DNA of 63,600 nt, the filler included, from Octopus bimaculoides (Eukaryota): NCBI RefSeq assembly GCF_001194135.2. It is 5 parts of 5 records of this genome, joined end to end, with 100 filler letters (N's around TTAATTAATTAA, not from the genome) between each part and the next. Parts side by side here need not be neighbours in the genome. Positions count along the whole stretch, not along the records: positions 60,098 to 62,439 come from NW_026350585.1; positions 62,540 to 63,600 come from NC_068992.1; 3 more parts are not named here. One strand, 5' to 3'. Below are positions 62,155-63,600 of the stretch, one piece after another. Below the pieces are notes generated by a model. The model saw nothing but the letters and a program-made list of their open reading frames with translations. It did not search any database and had not been told where the DNA came from. Numbering within the stretch: position 1 is the first letter of the stretch; every line of letters begins with the position of its first letter. The position numbers were made by a program, and so were the translations under genes.

Positions 62155-62439
62155 TTTTTATACTTGTTTCAGTCTTTAGACTGCGTCCATGCAGGGGCAC
62201 TGCCTTGAAGAATCTTTAGTTGAATATATCGATCCCCAGTACTTACGTTTTATAAGCCTGGTACTTATTCTATCGGTCTTTTGCCGAACCACTAAGTTAC
62301 GGGGACGTAAACAAACTAGCACCGTTTGTCAAGCAGTGGTGGGGACAAACAGACACAGAAATACACGCATATACAACATATACACACACATACATATACA
62401 TATACGATGGGCTTCTTCCAGTTTCCGTCTACCAAATCC
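62155..62439 (-). mobile_element. SINE family T, well-preserved copy with CpGs largely intact, cut by a gap
   Basis: TACTTGTTTCAGTC..CTATCGGTCTTTTGCCGAACCACTAAGTTACGGGGACGTAAAC..TACGATGGGCTTCTTCCAGTTTCCGTCTACCAAATCC. Confidence 0.9.
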
Positions 62440-62539
62440 NNNNNNNNNNNNNNNNNNNNNNNNNNNNNNNNNNNNNNNNNNNNTTAATTAATTAANNNNN
62501 NNNNNNNNNNNNNNNNNNNNNNNNNNNNNNNNNNNNNNN
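62440..62539. other. Artificial scaffold-join gap (44 N + TTAATTAATTAA + 44 N)
   Basis: Same construction as 23007-23106. Confidence 0.92.
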
Positions 62540-62574
<35 letters not shown>

Positions 62575-62615
62575 GTATGTATATACATACATACATACGA
62601 GAGAGAGGGAGAGAA

Positions 62616-62664
<49 letters not shown>

Positions 62665-63558
62665 GACAGAGAGAGAGAGAATGATCGATAACATAGTTAG
62701 ACAGATAGCTTGATGGAAAGACAGAATAAATGAATGAGTGAGCGTAAACACGAGCGGTAAGATTGAAGACAATATATATATAGAGTCAGAGACGGAGGCT
62801 GAAATTGTGTGCGTATGTGTGTGTGAGAGTGAGAGAGAGAGGGAGAGAGAGAGAAGGAGGGAGAAAGAGAGAGACAGTACGACGTGGGGAGGAGGAAGCA
62901 ACAAAGAGATGATAACAGGACAAATAGTTGATTACAGGAAAATATCATAAATATAAATACGAGAGGAATTGAGTAAAAGAGAGAGAATAAGCAGACAGAC
63001 GGGGGAGAGAAGGAAGAGATTAGGAGGAGGAGGGGAGGAGGAGGAGAAGGAGGAGGNNNNNNNNNNNNNNNNNNNNNNNNNNNNNNNNNNNAGGAGGAGG
63101 AGGAGGAGGAGGAGGAAGGAAAATATATAAAACAGTGTGAGAAAGAAAAAAGTTAAAAAGCACAGAACATAACCAAATAAATCAAAATAAATTAGAGACA
63201 AGAGAGATAGAGATGGACAGACTGATAAAAAAATTGGCAGATGGACAGACAAGCAATCATATAAGACAGGTAGTTATACAAATAGGTAGATAAGCAAATA
63301 CATAAAATGGAAATAGATCTTCCGTCGGTTAAAACCTTGTGTGTTCCAGTGGTTCGATTGTTCGATTAACTACAGAATTACCAAGGCATTGGTTTATTGA
63401 CTTTTGATCTTATTGGCCGAGTATTCCAGTGTCTCATTGCATTTGTGAATCTATCATTGAAAACAGACAGACGTGAACATGTGTATGTGTGTATGTATGC
63501 ATGTATGTATGTATATATATGTATGTATATGTATATAGATGTGTGTGTGCATATTTAA

Positions 63559-63600
<42 letters not shown>

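Overview
AT-rich, microsatellite-saturated eukaryotic DNA with many N gaps. The repeat families point to an octopus genome, probably Octopus bimaculoides-like (inferred from repeat content only). There is one convincing host gene: an intact, single-coding-exon class A (rhodopsin-like) orphan peptide-type GPCR on the minus strand (11703-12923, 406 aa). Almost all other long ORFs in the track are translations of microsatellites or N gaps. The remainder is mobile-element debris: three tRNA-derived SINE families (my working labels M, T and U), RTE LINE 3' ends, a BovB-like RTE fragment, a Tx1/L1 RT fragment, two R4/Dong-like fragments with restriction-like endonuclease, two Penelope GIY-YIG fragments, mariner, maT/DD37D-like and pogo-like DNA transposon remnants, and a 5S rRNA pseudogene. 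I see no novel multi-gene protein system. The best leads are: (1) an (AAT)n-microsatellite-associated R4/Dong system with a candidate ~465-bp non-autonomous partner; (2) fold-back inverted duplications at two RTE 5' junctions that retain ancestral bases; (3) a minimal type-I hammerhead ribozyme motif next to a Penelope fragment; (4) a 5S pseudogene in tandem with a tRNA-SINE head; (5) a 28-kb CpG-decayed block with its own TE content, bounded by artificial scaffold-join linkers; (6) a GPCR with three basic residues at predicted pocket positions. All alignments and translations were done by eye, so TE boundaries are approximate.
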